64,000 nt of DNA from Candidatus Marinacidobacterium sp. (GTDB lineage Bacteria > Acidobacteriota > Vicinamibacteria > Marinacidobacterales > Marinacidobacteraceae), in assembly GCA_965204755.1 (NCBI GenBank), contig OZ242011.1, forward strand, positions 2,336,001 through 2,400,000, read 5' to 3'. The notes under the pieces were generated by a model. It had not been told where the DNA came from and ran no database searches. It was given only the letters and a program-made list of their open reading frames with translations. A program made the position numbers and the translations under genes. Positions within the stretch are counted from its first letter, which is position 1; every line of letters begins with the position of its first letter. This document shows positions 38,989 through 49,400 of this stretch, in pieces.

Positions 38989-41463
38989 TCAGGTGCGGAG
39001 CGCCTCGCGGATGTCCAGGCGCGAAGCCTGCGCCGCGGGCTGCAAACTCGCCGCGAACACCGCCGCGAGCAGGCCGATCGGCGCGAGCGCGAACACCGCA
39101 GGGTCGAACGGCTCGACGGCGAAGAGGAACGGGCTGAGGTCGCTTCCCGCCACGCGGGTGAGCAGCCAGGACAGGAACAACCCCGGCAGGAGCCCGAAGA
39201 GCGCGATCCGCGCTCCGTCCCGCAACACCAGCGACCGGATGTCCGCCGGCCGGGCGCCGAAGGCCATCCGCACCCCGTGCGCCGGAACCGCGGCGTTCGC
39301 CCGCCAGCCGACGACGCCGAACACGCCGAACGCGGCCAGCAGGGCCGCGGCGCCGGAGAAGCCGCCGAGCAGCAGCGCGTAGAGCCGGGGCTGGGCCACC
39401 GACTCGCCGACGCGGGCCTCCAGGGTCGTCAGGTCGAGCGCCCGGAGTTCGGGGTCCACCTCCCGGACGCGCGCCGCCGCCGCTTCCGCCACCGCAGCGC
39501 CGGGGGCGTGCCGGGCCACCACGCTCAGGTTGGGGAACGCCCCGCCGCCGCCCGGCCGCGGCGCCGGAATCCCCGACTCCCGGATCAACAGGTAGAGGAT
39601 CGGCTCCGTCGGCGTGTCCACGCCCTCTTCGTGGACATCGCCCACGACCCCGACGATTCGTCCCAGGCCCGCGAGTTCCAGTCCGACCGGCTCGTCCTCG
39701 AGGTAGCGGCTCACCAAACTGGCGTTCACGATCGCGATCGGGTCGGCGCTCGTCCGGTCGGTCTCCTCGTACGCCCGGCCGGCCTGCAGCGGGATGCCCA
39801 TCGCCCGGAAGTAACCGGGCGAGACTCGTCTCAGCAGCGCCCGGGGCACTTCGTTCGGGTCGGTGGACGGTTCGTCGCCGATCCGCCGGAACCCGATGAC
39901 CGCCCGTTCGCCGGTCAGCGGGAGCGTGTCCACGATCCCGACTTCGAGGACTCCGGGCACGGCCGCGACCGATTCCCGGATCCGTTCCAGCGCCGCGATC
40001 TGAGAGGCGGTCTCCGGGTAGCGCGCCTCCGGCAGGCGGACATCGAAGACGACGGTGTTCTCCGGCTGGTAACCCGGGGGCGCGGCGACCTGCGCCAGGA
40101 AACTGCGGACGAAGAGCCCGGCGCCGACGAGGAGCGGCAAGCAGAGGGCGACCTGCACCGAAGCGAAGAGTCCCCGGTGTCCGGCGCTGCGCGAGCCGCC
40201 GCCGAGGGCGGTGGCGTCGCCGCGTTCCGAAGCGCCGAGGGCGCTCGCCGGAGTGCGGGAGGCCGCCCCGAGCGACGGGACTGCTCCGAAGACCACGGAA
40301 GCGAGGGCCGCGGCCCCGAAACAGAAGACCAGCACCGGCCACTCGACGCGGGCCTCGGCGAGTTGCGGCAGGTCGAGCGCGGTCAGCGAGCGCAGCAGTC
40401 CGGCGCCCTGGACGGAGAGCAGCGCGCCGACCGCGCCGGCGGCGAGCGCGAGAACCACGCTCTCCGCGAACAGCCGTCGGAAGAGACGCCCCCGACCCGC
40501 GCCGAGCGCGCTTCGCACCGCGAGTTCGCGCTCGCGCCCGGCGGCGCGGGTGAGCAGCAGGTTCGCCACATTGCCGCAGGCGATCAGCAGCACCAGGACC
40601 GCGACGCCGAGAAGTGCGAGGAGCGGTTCCCGGATGCGCCGCGTCGAACGCTCGACGAACGAAGCGAGGTGCACGCTGACACCTTCGTTCAGCATTCGTT
40701 CGATCTCGCTCTGCGCGCTCAGCCGTTCGAGGAGCGCGGTGGCTTCCGCTTCGGCCTGTTCATAGGAGGCCTCCGGGCGAAGTCGGGCGACGACCTGCGC
40801 CAACTCGAGCCGCACCTGGCCGGGCTGGAGGGATTCGTCGGCGGCTCGGGGGTAAGGGAGGTAGAGGTCGATTCGGGGGTTGGGGAAGCCGAAACCGTCG
40901 GGCATGACCCCGATCACCTCATAGGGGCGCTCGTCGAGCAGCAGCGAACGCCCGACCACGCCGGGGTCGCCGCCGAACTCGCGGTTCCAGAAGGCGTGGC
41001 TCAGGACGACGACGCCGTCCCGCCCGGGAATCTCTTCCTCCGGGCGGAACCCGCGGCCGAGCGCCGGTCGGGTTCCGAGAACCTCGAACAGGTTGGGCGA
41101 GACCTGCTCGGCGAACACCTGCCGGGGCTCTCCCGGTGCGTTCGCGAGCCCGGCGTAGGAGGCCGCCCGGTCGCCGTACATCGCCATGCCCTCGAATACG
41201 GTGTTCGCGTCGCGCCACTGGCGGAAGTGGTCGGTCGAGAGCGCGGCCACCTCGTCCGGCATCGGGAGGCGGGGGCGGCGCTCCCAGACCTGGGCGAGCC
41301 GATCCGGCTCGGCGTAGGGCGGGGGCTTCAGCAGGACCCCGTACACGCCGGAGAAGGCGGTGGTTACCGCGCCGATTCCGAACCCGAGCGGCAGGCAGAC
41401 GAGAAGGGCGAACCCCGGCCGCTTGGCGACGGTGCGCAGCGCTTCGACGATTTCCTGGATCAC
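38989..41463 (-). CDS. ADOP-type duplicated MacB/FtsX ABC permease
   Basis: KRPGF...GIGA, LLIACGNVANLLL, ELAVRSALGA and a second half ending RMAFGA; 824 aa. Confidence 0.92.
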   Translation of the reverse strand: MIQEIVEALRTVAKRPGFALLVCLPLGFGIGAVTTAFSGVYGVLLKPPPYAEPDRLAQVWERRPRLPMPDEVAALSTDHFRQWRDANTVFEGMAMYGDRAASYAGLANAPGEPRQVFAEQVSPNLFEVLGTRPALGRGFRPEEEIPGRDGVVVLSHAFWNREFGGDPGVVGRSLLLDERPYEVIGVMPDGFGFPNPRIDLYLPYPRAADESLQPGQVRLELAQVVARLRPEASYEQAEAEATALLERLSAQSEIERMLNEGVSVHLASFVERSTRRIREPLLALLGVAVLVLLIACGNVANLLLTRAAGRERELAVRSALGAGRGRLFRRLFAESVVLALAAGAVGALLSVQGAGLLRSLTALDLPQLAEARVEWPVLVFCFGAAALASVVFGAVPSLGAASRTPASALGASERGDATALGGGSRSAGHRGLFASVQVALCLPLLVGAGLFVRSFLAQVAAPPGYQPENTVVFDVRLPEARYPETASQIAALERIRESVAAVPGVLEVGIVDTLPLTGERAVIGFRRIGDEPSTDPNEVPRALLRRVSPGYFRAMGIPLQAGRAYEETDRTSADPIAIVNASLVSRYLEDEPVGLELAGLGRIVGVVGDVHEEGVDTPTEPILYLLIRESGIPAPRPGGGGAFPNLSVVARHAPGAAVAEAAAARVREVDPELRALDLTTLEARVGESVAQPRLYALLLGGFSGAAALLAAFGVFGVVGWRANAAVPAHGVRMAFGARPADIRSLVLRDGARIALFGLLPGLFLSWLLTRVAGSDLSPFLFAVEPFDPAVFALAPIGLLAAVFAASLQPAAQASRLDIREALRT

Positions 41464-41589
41464 TGGACTGCTCTCCCCGGTGCGGCGCTCTCGAGGCGTT
41501 CCCCTCGTTCCTCGCGGACGCCGGCAACGAACCTCCGCGCGGCGTTTTCGTTCCCGGCGGGCGCCGGGTCTCTGCCGGAACCGGGCAGC

Positions 41590-43143
41590 CTATCGCCGAT
41601 CCGCCACCGGGGGCCTCGCCGCGTCCCCTCGGGAAGGGGCGGGCGGGGGCTGTCGTTCCGATTCCGGGCTCGGGTAGCGGTCGAGGATCCCCTCTTCGCT
41701 CATGAGCGCTTCGATGTCGTCCGGCTCCAGAGGGACGAAGTCCGAGAGGTTCTCCGCGCCGTCCTCGGTGATCAGGATCACATCTTCCAGGCGGATGTAG
41801 ATGCGCTCCTCCGGCACCCGGAACTGCGGCTCGATGGTGAACACCATTCCGGGAGCGAGCGTTCCGTCCGCATCCCCCACATCGTGGACCGCCATACCCA
41901 CGCCGTGCCCCATCGAGTTCGGCCGGCCGGCGGCGCGCCGCGCGTAGGCGCCGACGAAGGCCTCCGCGGCGGTTCGGTAATGCGGCTTGGTGAACGGCCA
42001 CTCCGCGGCGATCCGTTCCATCCGGCGCGCCGCTTCCCCCATCACGCGGGCAGTGTCTCCGGGGCGGATCGCGTCCAGGATGGCGCGGTAGCAGGCGAGG
42101 TAGAAGCCGTAGAGGTCGCGCTGCCATTCGTTCCAGGTCCCGTTCACCGGCCACATCCGGGTGACATCGCTGGTGTAGTAGCCGAGGTCCGGCGCGTAGT
42201 CCATGAGGACCAGGTCGCCGTCCTCCAGCCGGCTGGCTCCCCGGTGGTAGTGCGGATACCAGGCGTTCGTCCCGGCGGCGACCAGCGAGTAGTAGCCGTC
42301 GGACTGCGCGCCGTCGCGGAAGAACAGGAACTTGCCCACGGCGTCGAGTTCGCGTTCGTAGAGGCCGGGCCGCGTGGACCGCATCGCTTCCATCAGCGCG
42401 AGCCCGGACAGTCCGGTGGCCCGGCGGATGAGCGCGATCTCGCGTTCGCTCTTGATCAACCGGAGGCGGTCCAGCACCGGGGAGAGATCTTCGATCGCCA
42501 GACGCGGGAATCGGTCGCGCAACCGGGCCACGAAGTTCGCTTCGCGCGAAACCCGTCCGTCCCAAGGATCGTTGGCGATGTCCGAGTTGCCGCGGGTGGC
42601 CAAGTCCCGGCTCATCGCCGCGAGTTCGGCCGGCGCGAACGGCGTATGGACGACCGGGGGCCGGTTGCTCCCGGCGAGCCGCGCCAGGTCGCCGCCCAAC
42701 GCGTCCGTTCCCCGCGCGGCGTCCACCCCGGTGAGTTCCCGGGCGAGGGCCGCGTCGTCCGCGGTGAGCAGCCGCCCTTCCGAAGCCTCGCGCCGCGGGT
42801 TCCGATGCGGCAGGTAGAGCGTGGACCGGAGAGTCGCGGCCTCCAGCAGCAGGTAGGCGTGCGGCGTCTCCACCCCGGTCAGGTAGTAGAACGAGTTCGT
42901 CTGCCGAAACCGCACATACCCGAGCGGCGACGCCGCGCCCTGCAGCACGGCGACTCCGTCCGGCCCGATCGCCTCCATCACCCGCTCTCGCCGCTCGTGG
43001 AACTCCGCCGCCGGAAAGTCTGCGGTGAAGATCGGCCCGTCCTGCCCCGCCGCCGCCCCCGGTGCGAGCGCAGCCGCCAGACAGAGGCCGAGAAGGCCCC
43101 GCGGAGCCGACGAGGCGAGAACTCGAGATCGTTCGTGGTTCAT
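41590..43143 (-). CDS. Xaa-Pro aminopeptidase (M24), probably secreted
   Basis: FRQ..FYYLTG, LRLIKS, YTSDVTR, GHGVGMAVHD, IEP and RLED. Confidence 0.93.
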   Translation of the reverse strand: MNHERSRVLASSAPRGLLGLCLAAALAPGAAAGQDGPIFTADFPAAEFHERRERVMEAIGPDGVAVLQGAASPLGYVRFRQTNSFYYLTGVETPHAYLLLEAATLRSTLYLPHRNPRREASEGRLLTADDAALARELTGVDAARGTDALGGDLARLAGSNRPPVVHTPFAPAELAAMSRDLATRGNSDIANDPWDGRVSREANFVARLRDRFPRLAIEDLSPVLDRLRLIKSEREIALIRRATGLSGLALMEAMRSTRPGLYERELDAVGKFLFFRDGAQSDGYYSLVAAGTNAWYPHYHRGASRLEDGDLVLMDYAPDLGYYTSDVTRMWPVNGTWNEWQRDLYGFYLACYRAILDAIRPGDTARVMGEAARRMERIAAEWPFTKPHYRTAAEAFVGAYARRAAGRPNSMGHGVGMAVHDVGDADGTLAPGMVFTIEPQFRVPEERIYIRLEDVILITEDGAENLSDFVPLEPDDIEALMSEEGILDRYPSPESERQPPPAPSRGDAARPPVADRR

Positions 43144-43805
43144 CCGTCGCGCTCCCCGGCGTGAACTGTTCGCCGGAACTTCTCACGGAGACCGGGAACC
43201 GAGAAACTGGCCCAGCAACTCCGGGAGAGGCCGGCGGCCTTCGGGGGAAAGGCAGCGTGCACGATCTTGCGGTTCTGTGCGTTGAGCGCCTCGGCCATCG
43301 GCACGAAGTCCCCGTCCGAGGAAACGAGCACCGCGATGTCGTACTGGCCGGACCAAGCGAGGCCGATCAGGTCGGTCGCGATGCGAACATCCACGCCCTT
43401 CTCCTTGAACCCGGCGAGTCGGTGCCCGCAGTGGGGGCACGCTTCGACCTTGCGCCGGCAACGCGAGCAGGTGACGCTGATCGGACCGGCCCTCCTGGGC
43501 AGCGTTCGCACGGAAACGCCGGGGAATCCGCTGATCGTCTCGAACCAGCGGCGGAGCGCCGCGTCGTTCTCTCCGTCTTGGTACGAACCGTAAACGGTCA
43601 TGCCCTCGTAGTCGAGACGTGCGCCGGCGTGGACGGTCGCAAGGGCGGCGCGGGCGAGAACCGCGCCGAGTTGCCGGTAGTCCGTCTCGAATCCGCGGTC
43701 CACGCCCTTCATCGAGAGCGTGAAGTTCCAGAAGTCCAGGAAGACCTTGACGCGAAGGCCCCCGCTCGGCGACGGAGATCCGTTCCCGGGAAGGAAGTTG
43801 CTCAA
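43140..43805 (-). CDS. NYN-domain (PIN-like) nuclease with an inserted Zn ribbon
   Basis: VFLDFWN, CSRC...CPHC, EKGVD and SSDGDF. CAGGAGG lies 7 nt before the TTG start. Confidence 0.9.
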   Translation of the reverse strand: MSNFLPGNGSPSPSGGLRVKVFLDFWNFTLSMKGVDRGFETDYRQLGAVLARAALATVHAGARLDYEGMTVYGSYQDGENDAALRRWFETISGFPGVSVRTLPRRAGPISVTCSRCRRKVEACPHCGHRLAGFKEKGVDVRIATDLIGLAWSGQYDIAVLVSSDGDFVPMAEALNAQNRKIVHAAFPPKAAGLSRSCWASFSVPGLREKFRRTVHAGERDG

Positions 43806-43934
43806 CGCGAGACCTCCTGAGGATGGCGATGAGGATCCGGAGAGAACTACCGGAAGAGGGGTTCGTAGAGAGGGAGTGAGGATGTGCCGTGAGGCGAAGA
43901 GACACCGGTGGCCGAGAGGCGCAAGGTGAATTAG

Positions 43935-43958
43935 CAGGGGCGCCGGGAGGCGCCCCTG
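43935..43958. promoter_or_regulatory. 10-bp-stem hairpin in the NYN upstream region
   Basis: CAGGGGCGCC-GGGA-GGCGCCCCTG. Confidence 0.5.
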
Positions 43959-44287
43959 GCGTTCTCATGGCCGGGCGCCACTCGCCCCCTTGTTGGGGAT
44001 TGGAGCGGGAAGCCAGTTGGGCGCCCGGGGGTCGTCTTGGTGGGAAGAATAGCACGACCATCGAGGCCACTGCGGAGGGGCTTTGCTGCGGGCGGAGGCC
44101 GATCGTTGCGGGGCGCGCCGGTCCTCTCGGGCGCATGGACTCCCGCGGGCGGGTCCGCCGAAGGAGTGGCAGCAGTTCTCGCCGCGTGCGCGATGCGCGG
44201 CGCCCACGAACGGCCGGGCGCGCGGCGCGCGGCCCGCAGGGCGCATCCCGCTGCCGCCGCCGCACTAGGCTTCCGCCGCCCCCCGTA

Positions 44288-45178
44288 ATGGCCGACGACG
44301 CCCAGCCGCAGCCCGGGATCCTCGCCGAGATCCCGGCGCACGCCCGCTTCCTGACCTTCCGGCGGCGTCCCTCCGGGCCGATGCCGCGGGAGCCGCTCGC
44401 GCGGCTCGGCGACGCGGCCGCCGACCTCGGCGCTGTCGTGGGGATCGGCCTCTCGCTCGTTCGGGAATGCGGCGCCGAGATCCCGGGGCTCCGGACCCTG
44501 CCCGCAGTGGACGGCCCGGGGTTCTCCGTCCCCTCGACTCCGGCGGCGCTCTGGGTGTGGCTCCGGGCGGACGAGCCGGGGCCGCTCGTCCACCGGACCG
44601 GAGAAACGACCGGATTGCTGGGAGAGGCATTCCGGTTGGAGTCGGCTGTCTCCGCTTTCCGCTACGGGACAGGCCTCGACCTCACCGGCTACGAGGACGG
44701 CACGGAGAACCCGGTCGGTGACGCGGCGAAGGCGGCGGCGGTGGTGTCCGGCGCCGGGCCGGGTCTCGACGGCTCCTCCTTCGTCGCCGCGCAGCAGTGG
44801 GTCCACGACCTCGACCGGTTCTCCGCGTTCCCTCCCGAGGTGCAGGATCGGATCATCGGCCGTCGGAGGAGCGACAACGAGGAACTGCGCGACGGCCCGG
44901 ACGCGGCCCATGTGAAGCGGACGGAACAGGAGGCGCCCGACCCGCCGGCGTTCCTGCTCCGCCGCTCCATGCCGTGGGCCGACGGCGAGCGCGCCGGACT
45001 GGTCTTCGTCGCCTTCGGGAGCAGCCTCGCGCCGTTCTCCTACCATCTCGACCGCATGACCGGCGCGGAGGACGGGATCGTGGACCACCTGTTCCGCTTC
45101 ACCCGCCCGTCCACCGGCGCCTTCTTCTGGTGCCCGCCGCTCGCGGACGGACGCCTCGACTTCTCCCGCCTCCGCTGA
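44288..45178 (+). CDS. Dyp-type peroxidase
   Basis: DLTGYEDGTENP, GSSF, AHVKR, LRRSMP and DHLFRF. Confidence 0.93.
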   Translation: MADDAQPQPGILAEIPAHARFLTFRRRPSGPMPREPLARLGDAAADLGAVVGIGLSLVRECGAEIPGLRTLPAVDGPGFSVPSTPAALWVWLRADEPGPLVHRTGETTGLLGEAFRLESAVSAFRYGTGLDLTGYEDGTENPVGDAAKAAAVVSGAGPGLDGSSFVAAQQWVHDLDRFSAFPPEVQDRIIGRRRSDNEELRDGPDAAHVKRTEQEAPDPPAFLLRRSMPWADGERAGLVFVAFGSSLAPFSYHLDRMTGAEDGIVDHLFRFTRPSTGAFFWCPPLADGRLDFSRLR

Positions 45179-45197
45179 ACGAGCGCCCCCTCGCAGA

Positions 45198-45689
45198 GTG
45201 CCCGCAGCCAGGAGGCTGACCGCCGCCGCCGTCTTCGCCGGCGCCCTCTTCGCGCTCCCCGAACCGGCTGCCGCCCAGACCGGCTGCGAACTGCTCTACC
45301 TGCAGTGGGAGGGCTGCGCGACCGAGTGCGAGTCCTACTACGAAAACCGCGTGGCGCGGGCGGTCTGCCGCGCCTGGTGCCTGGTCGAGTATGTCCGCGA
45401 CTATTGGACCTGCGAGTCCAATGTGGAGGCTTCCGAGGAGTCGGAAGCAGCGCCCGCGGAGGAGGGCGCCCGGGAGCCGGACGAGGAGCGCGGCGCGTCC
45501 CGGATCGGCCGGCCGGGTGACCGGGGCGGCGGCCCATCGTCCGGGGCGGCCCCCGGCGTGGTCAGCCGCCGGCCGGTCGGCGCCGGCCGCGCCGCCTTCC
45601 GTCGAGCGCCGGGGAAGGCCCCGCGCTGCGGAAGGTTGACCAGGTCCCTCATCTCGAGCGCCACATCCCGGTCCGCCGGCGGCGCCTGA
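45198..45689 (+). CDS. Hypothetical secreted cysteine-rich protein
   Basis: Signal peptide ending PAAA|Q, six Cys within ~45 aa and a low-complexity tail. Confidence 0.65.
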   Translation: MPAARRLTAAAVFAGALFALPEPAAAQTGCELLYLQWEGCATECESYYENRVARAVCRAWCLVEYVRDYWTCESNVEASEESEAAPAEEGAREPDEERGASRIGRPGDRGGGPSSGAAPGVVSRRPVGAGRAAFRRAPGKAPRCGRLTRSLISSATSRSAGGA

Positions 45690-45754
45690 GCGGCGTCCCG
45701 GCCGTCTCCCGACCCTCTCGACACACCCGGGCGAACGCCTCGGCCGCGCGCCTC

Positions 45755-46453
45755 GTGAGCGAATCCCGCGCCCGCCGGCTGGCGGCGGAGTTCCTCGGAA
45801 CCGCCGGCCTCCTCGCCGCGATCATCGGCTCCGGCATCATGGCCGAGACGCTCTCCGGCGGCAACGACGGCGTGGCGCTCATCGGCTGCACCGCCGCCAT
45901 CGGCGCCGCCTTGGTCGTCCTGATCTGGCTGTTCCTCCCGGTATCCGGCTGCCACATCAACCCGGCGGTCACGCTGGCCCTGCTGCTCCGCCGCCGCATC
46001 GCCCCGGCGGACGCCGCCGCCTATGTGGCGGTCCAAGCCGCCGGCGCCGTCGCCGGGATGCTGGCCACCCACGCCATGTTCGACCTGCCGCTGCTGCAGG
46101 CAGCCACCACCGTCCGCACCGGCCCGGGCCAGTGGTTTTCCGAGTTCGTTGCCACCGTCGGCCTCCTCGCCACCATCTTCGGCGCCGCCCGCTTCCGTCC
46201 CCAAGCCCTCGCCCCGGCGGTCGGCCTCTACATCTTCGCCGCCTGCTGGTTCACCGCTTCCACTTCCTTCGCCAACCCGGCGGTCACCCTCGCCCGCAGT
46301 TTCACGGACACTTTCTGCGGCATCCGCCCCGCCGACGCCCCGCCGTTCGTCCTGATGCAGATCTTCGGCGCGACCGCCGCCGCCCCCCTCTCCGCCTGGT
46401 TGTGGCCGGACGCAGCGGCTACTCTCCGTTCTTCCCCGGCCCGCGCCGACTGA
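45755..46453 (+). CDS. MIP/aquaporin family channel (AqpS-like)
   Basis: AEFLGT, HINPAVT and WFTASTSFANPAVT. Confidence 0.92.
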   Translation: MSESRARRLAAEFLGTAGLLAAIIGSGIMAETLSGGNDGVALIGCTAAIGAALVVLIWLFLPVSGCHINPAVTLALLLRRRIAPADAAAYVAVQAAGAVAGMLATHAMFDLPLLQAATTVRTGPGQWFSEFVATVGLLATIFGAARFRPQALAPAVGLYIFAACWFTASTSFANPAVTLARSFTDTFCGIRPADAPPFVLMQIFGATAAAPLSAWLWPDAAATLRSSPARAD

Positions 46454-46467
46454 CCCGCGACACCAGC

Positions 46468-49400
46468 ATGGCATCCCCTTCGGCCTCGACACTCGCTGCC
46501 GTCGCTCTTTCTCATCCTCTCGTCCTTCGAGCCGCCTGGATGAGAATCGACAGGTGGTACCGCGCCGGCAACATCGCACCGGAGCCGGAACTTTCCCGCT
46601 GGCGGCTCCATCCGGAGGCGGAACTTCGGTCACTTGGCGAGGCCCTGCGCAACGGAATTTGGGCGCCATCCGCATGGCAGCAACTGCCGTACCCGAAGAA
46701 GGGCAAGCGTCTCCGCCATTTCGTCTGGCCAACGGTGAGAGATCAAGTCGCGTTCATGGCGCATATGGTGTTGCTCGGCCCACTGATCGATAGCCGGCTC
46801 AATCCGTTCGTCTTCGGAAATCGGTGGTATCGGTCGATCATTTGGGACCGGTCCCAATCGTCTCGCTCCAGATGGACACCCCTCGGGTACCCGCTGCTTA
46901 CCTCTCGTAGTTACTTGCCGTACGCCCGTGATCACGGCTTGTACCGACGAGTCGCGCACTGGACGGTTTCTCGCATGACTGGCGCACCGGTCGAAGAGAA
47001 CGACTACGGCGGACGCGTTCACCATCCGGATGACTACAATGAGGACTTCCTTCCCGAATGGACCCGCCGAGAGTGGTGGGCGGGGGGGTTGGAGGGCAAA
47101 CACCGTGCGTACTGGGCGGCCCTCGATATCGAGATGGCGTACCCGTCCGTCAATCTAGATTACCTCCGCAACTGTCTTCTTCAGGCGCTGGCCGCGGATC
47201 CTCTCGACGAAAACATCTTCAGGGGATATCCGGATGTCACACTTGCCGCTCTTCGGGATGAAGAGTCTCCTCGATCGATCGCCCGGCGACTCATCGTCGC
47301 ACTTCAGAAAGTGCGCGTGCGGCACGGGGACATCCTCAACGCTTCGTGGAAACCCTCCCACATCCGAGCAAGGCTGCCGTCGCTTGATGAGGATATAGGT
47401 ATTCCTACGGGTCTGGCGATTTCTGGTGTTCTTCTGAATGTGGCACTTGCCCCTACGGACAAGAGCATCTACCGCTATTTGAAGACGACGACGGGTGCCT
47501 ACCGTGGTGCGGTTCTGCGATTCGCCGACGACACGTACGTCTTCTCACGATCGCTTGACGGTCTCTTGACATTGATGGAGGTTGTAGCACGGGACACGGC
47601 TCATCCCAAAGAAGCGTCGTGGCTTCCTGATCGGCCGGACGGGCGTGGCGATTCCGAAAGCGCACTCTTGCGTTCGCGGTCAACATTGGGGACGAATCTC
47701 TATCTCAACTTGGAGAAGATCCGGCCCGATGCCGTGAAGCGCCTCGTCGAAAGAGTGTGTCGGAGCGAAGGTTGGTCCAAGTGCGACGACTGTGAGGCGT
47801 TGAAACCTGATGATTCAATGACGAAGACGACTCCAGTGGATCGGTGGTGGCGCACAAACGAGGACAGCGTCGACCGTCAACTGCGGAATGCGCTTTTCCG
47901 CGCGAGTGTCGGACCGGAATCCGCAGGGCCATTCGTCACGGCGCTCGTTGAGAGAATGAGCGAGATCGGATGGGGAGGCCTTCGTGAGCGCTTCGGGGAG
48001 GGGGCGCGGGAGCGGCTTGGTCGGCTCCACGAGTTGGCGCGCTTCGACATCGCGGACGAGCAGGTGCGTGCCGATACTCGAAGAGTGTTCGCAGCAAATC
48101 GGTTGGTGGCGGCATGGCTGTCGGACGAAGGCGGCACCGCCGTCGCAGAGATCCGCCACATTCGAGACTCGCTGGCGCACGTGCTGGATCGCACGCCGTG
48201 GAAGTTCGCGCTCTGGACAGCCGTAGTTCGAGCCGCCGCGCGACTGTCCTATGTCGGCGCTGAACGAACGGAAAATGCCAAGGAAGATGACCGCAACGGG
48301 GGCGTTTGGCTCGAATCTCAGCTGCGGCGCATTGCGCGACCGCCCTCTGCAGACGACCATCTGTCGTGGGCCAAGCGGTGGCCTGAGGATCTCCATGACT
48401 CCCACGATCGAGGTGAGGGTTGGGCGGATCTCTATCTCTCATTCCATCGCGCAGCCTTCTGGCAAGGATTGCGGACCGTTCTCATCGAACTCTGGGAGCA
48501 TTTGCGACGGACCGGCGGCGGAGAGGCTGAGGCGGCCCACGAGTCGGGGCCATCGCCGGATTCGTGGTGTTTCAGGGCCATCCCGGAGGGTCGCCATCGG
48601 GAAACACTTGACCTTCTGGGTACGACAGACAGATGGGCCCGCGTGCTGTACGGAGCGGACGCAGAGGCGAGTGATCGATTGGCGCACCGATGGGAGATGG
48701 ATCAGTTCGTGGCGGCTGTTCTATCGACGGTGCCTCGATCCCGAGCGGCGGTGGCATGGCTCAGGTGCCAGCCGCCGGGAGAGATCTTGCGCGTTCCGTC
48801 AGCCCATCCAGGACTCGGGACTCTAACGGAGAGAATCCTCCGGCGTGCGAATCGATTGAGCGTCCGAGGTGGTCAGGTCGCGGGCCTCTCTGCTGGCGCT
48901 CTCGCTCATCTTGGTCTTGCGGGCACGGATCGCAAGACGGGGAGAGTTCTCTATCGGAAGGGTGTGCCACGAATCCACGACTGGAGTCGTGATCGAGACA
49001 GGATTGTCCGGATGAGCCAAGTACTGGGCTGCTCCGATGCCATCAGTGCTGCGCAGATGGAATTGGAGGTTGACACTCCGTCGGAGTTGATCCAGAAGAT
49101 CGGCGACGCGCCGTTTCGACTTGATGCCTATGGTGCGGTGCGTCGGACCCTACTTGGAGGTGAGAGCAAGTCGACTCAGGCTGTCGAGTCGCTACATCGG
49201 CTCTTGTGGGGCAGGCCAGGAGATTCGAGGGACTTGTCGTCTTGGCCGCTCTGTCCGTGGGACATGCCCGCTGTCGGTCTTCCCTATCAGATCGCCGTTG
49301 GTCTTTTCCTCAATGCGCCGAATCCGACTCCAGAATGGCGACCGGTCCACGGGCCGCTATCGTGGTTCTTCCACAAGGGCAGTGCGATCCTCGCGGCTGG

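Noticed and set aside
44288-45178. DyP as encapsulin cargo
   Set aside because: There is no adjacent encapsulin gene and no evident C-terminal targeting extension.
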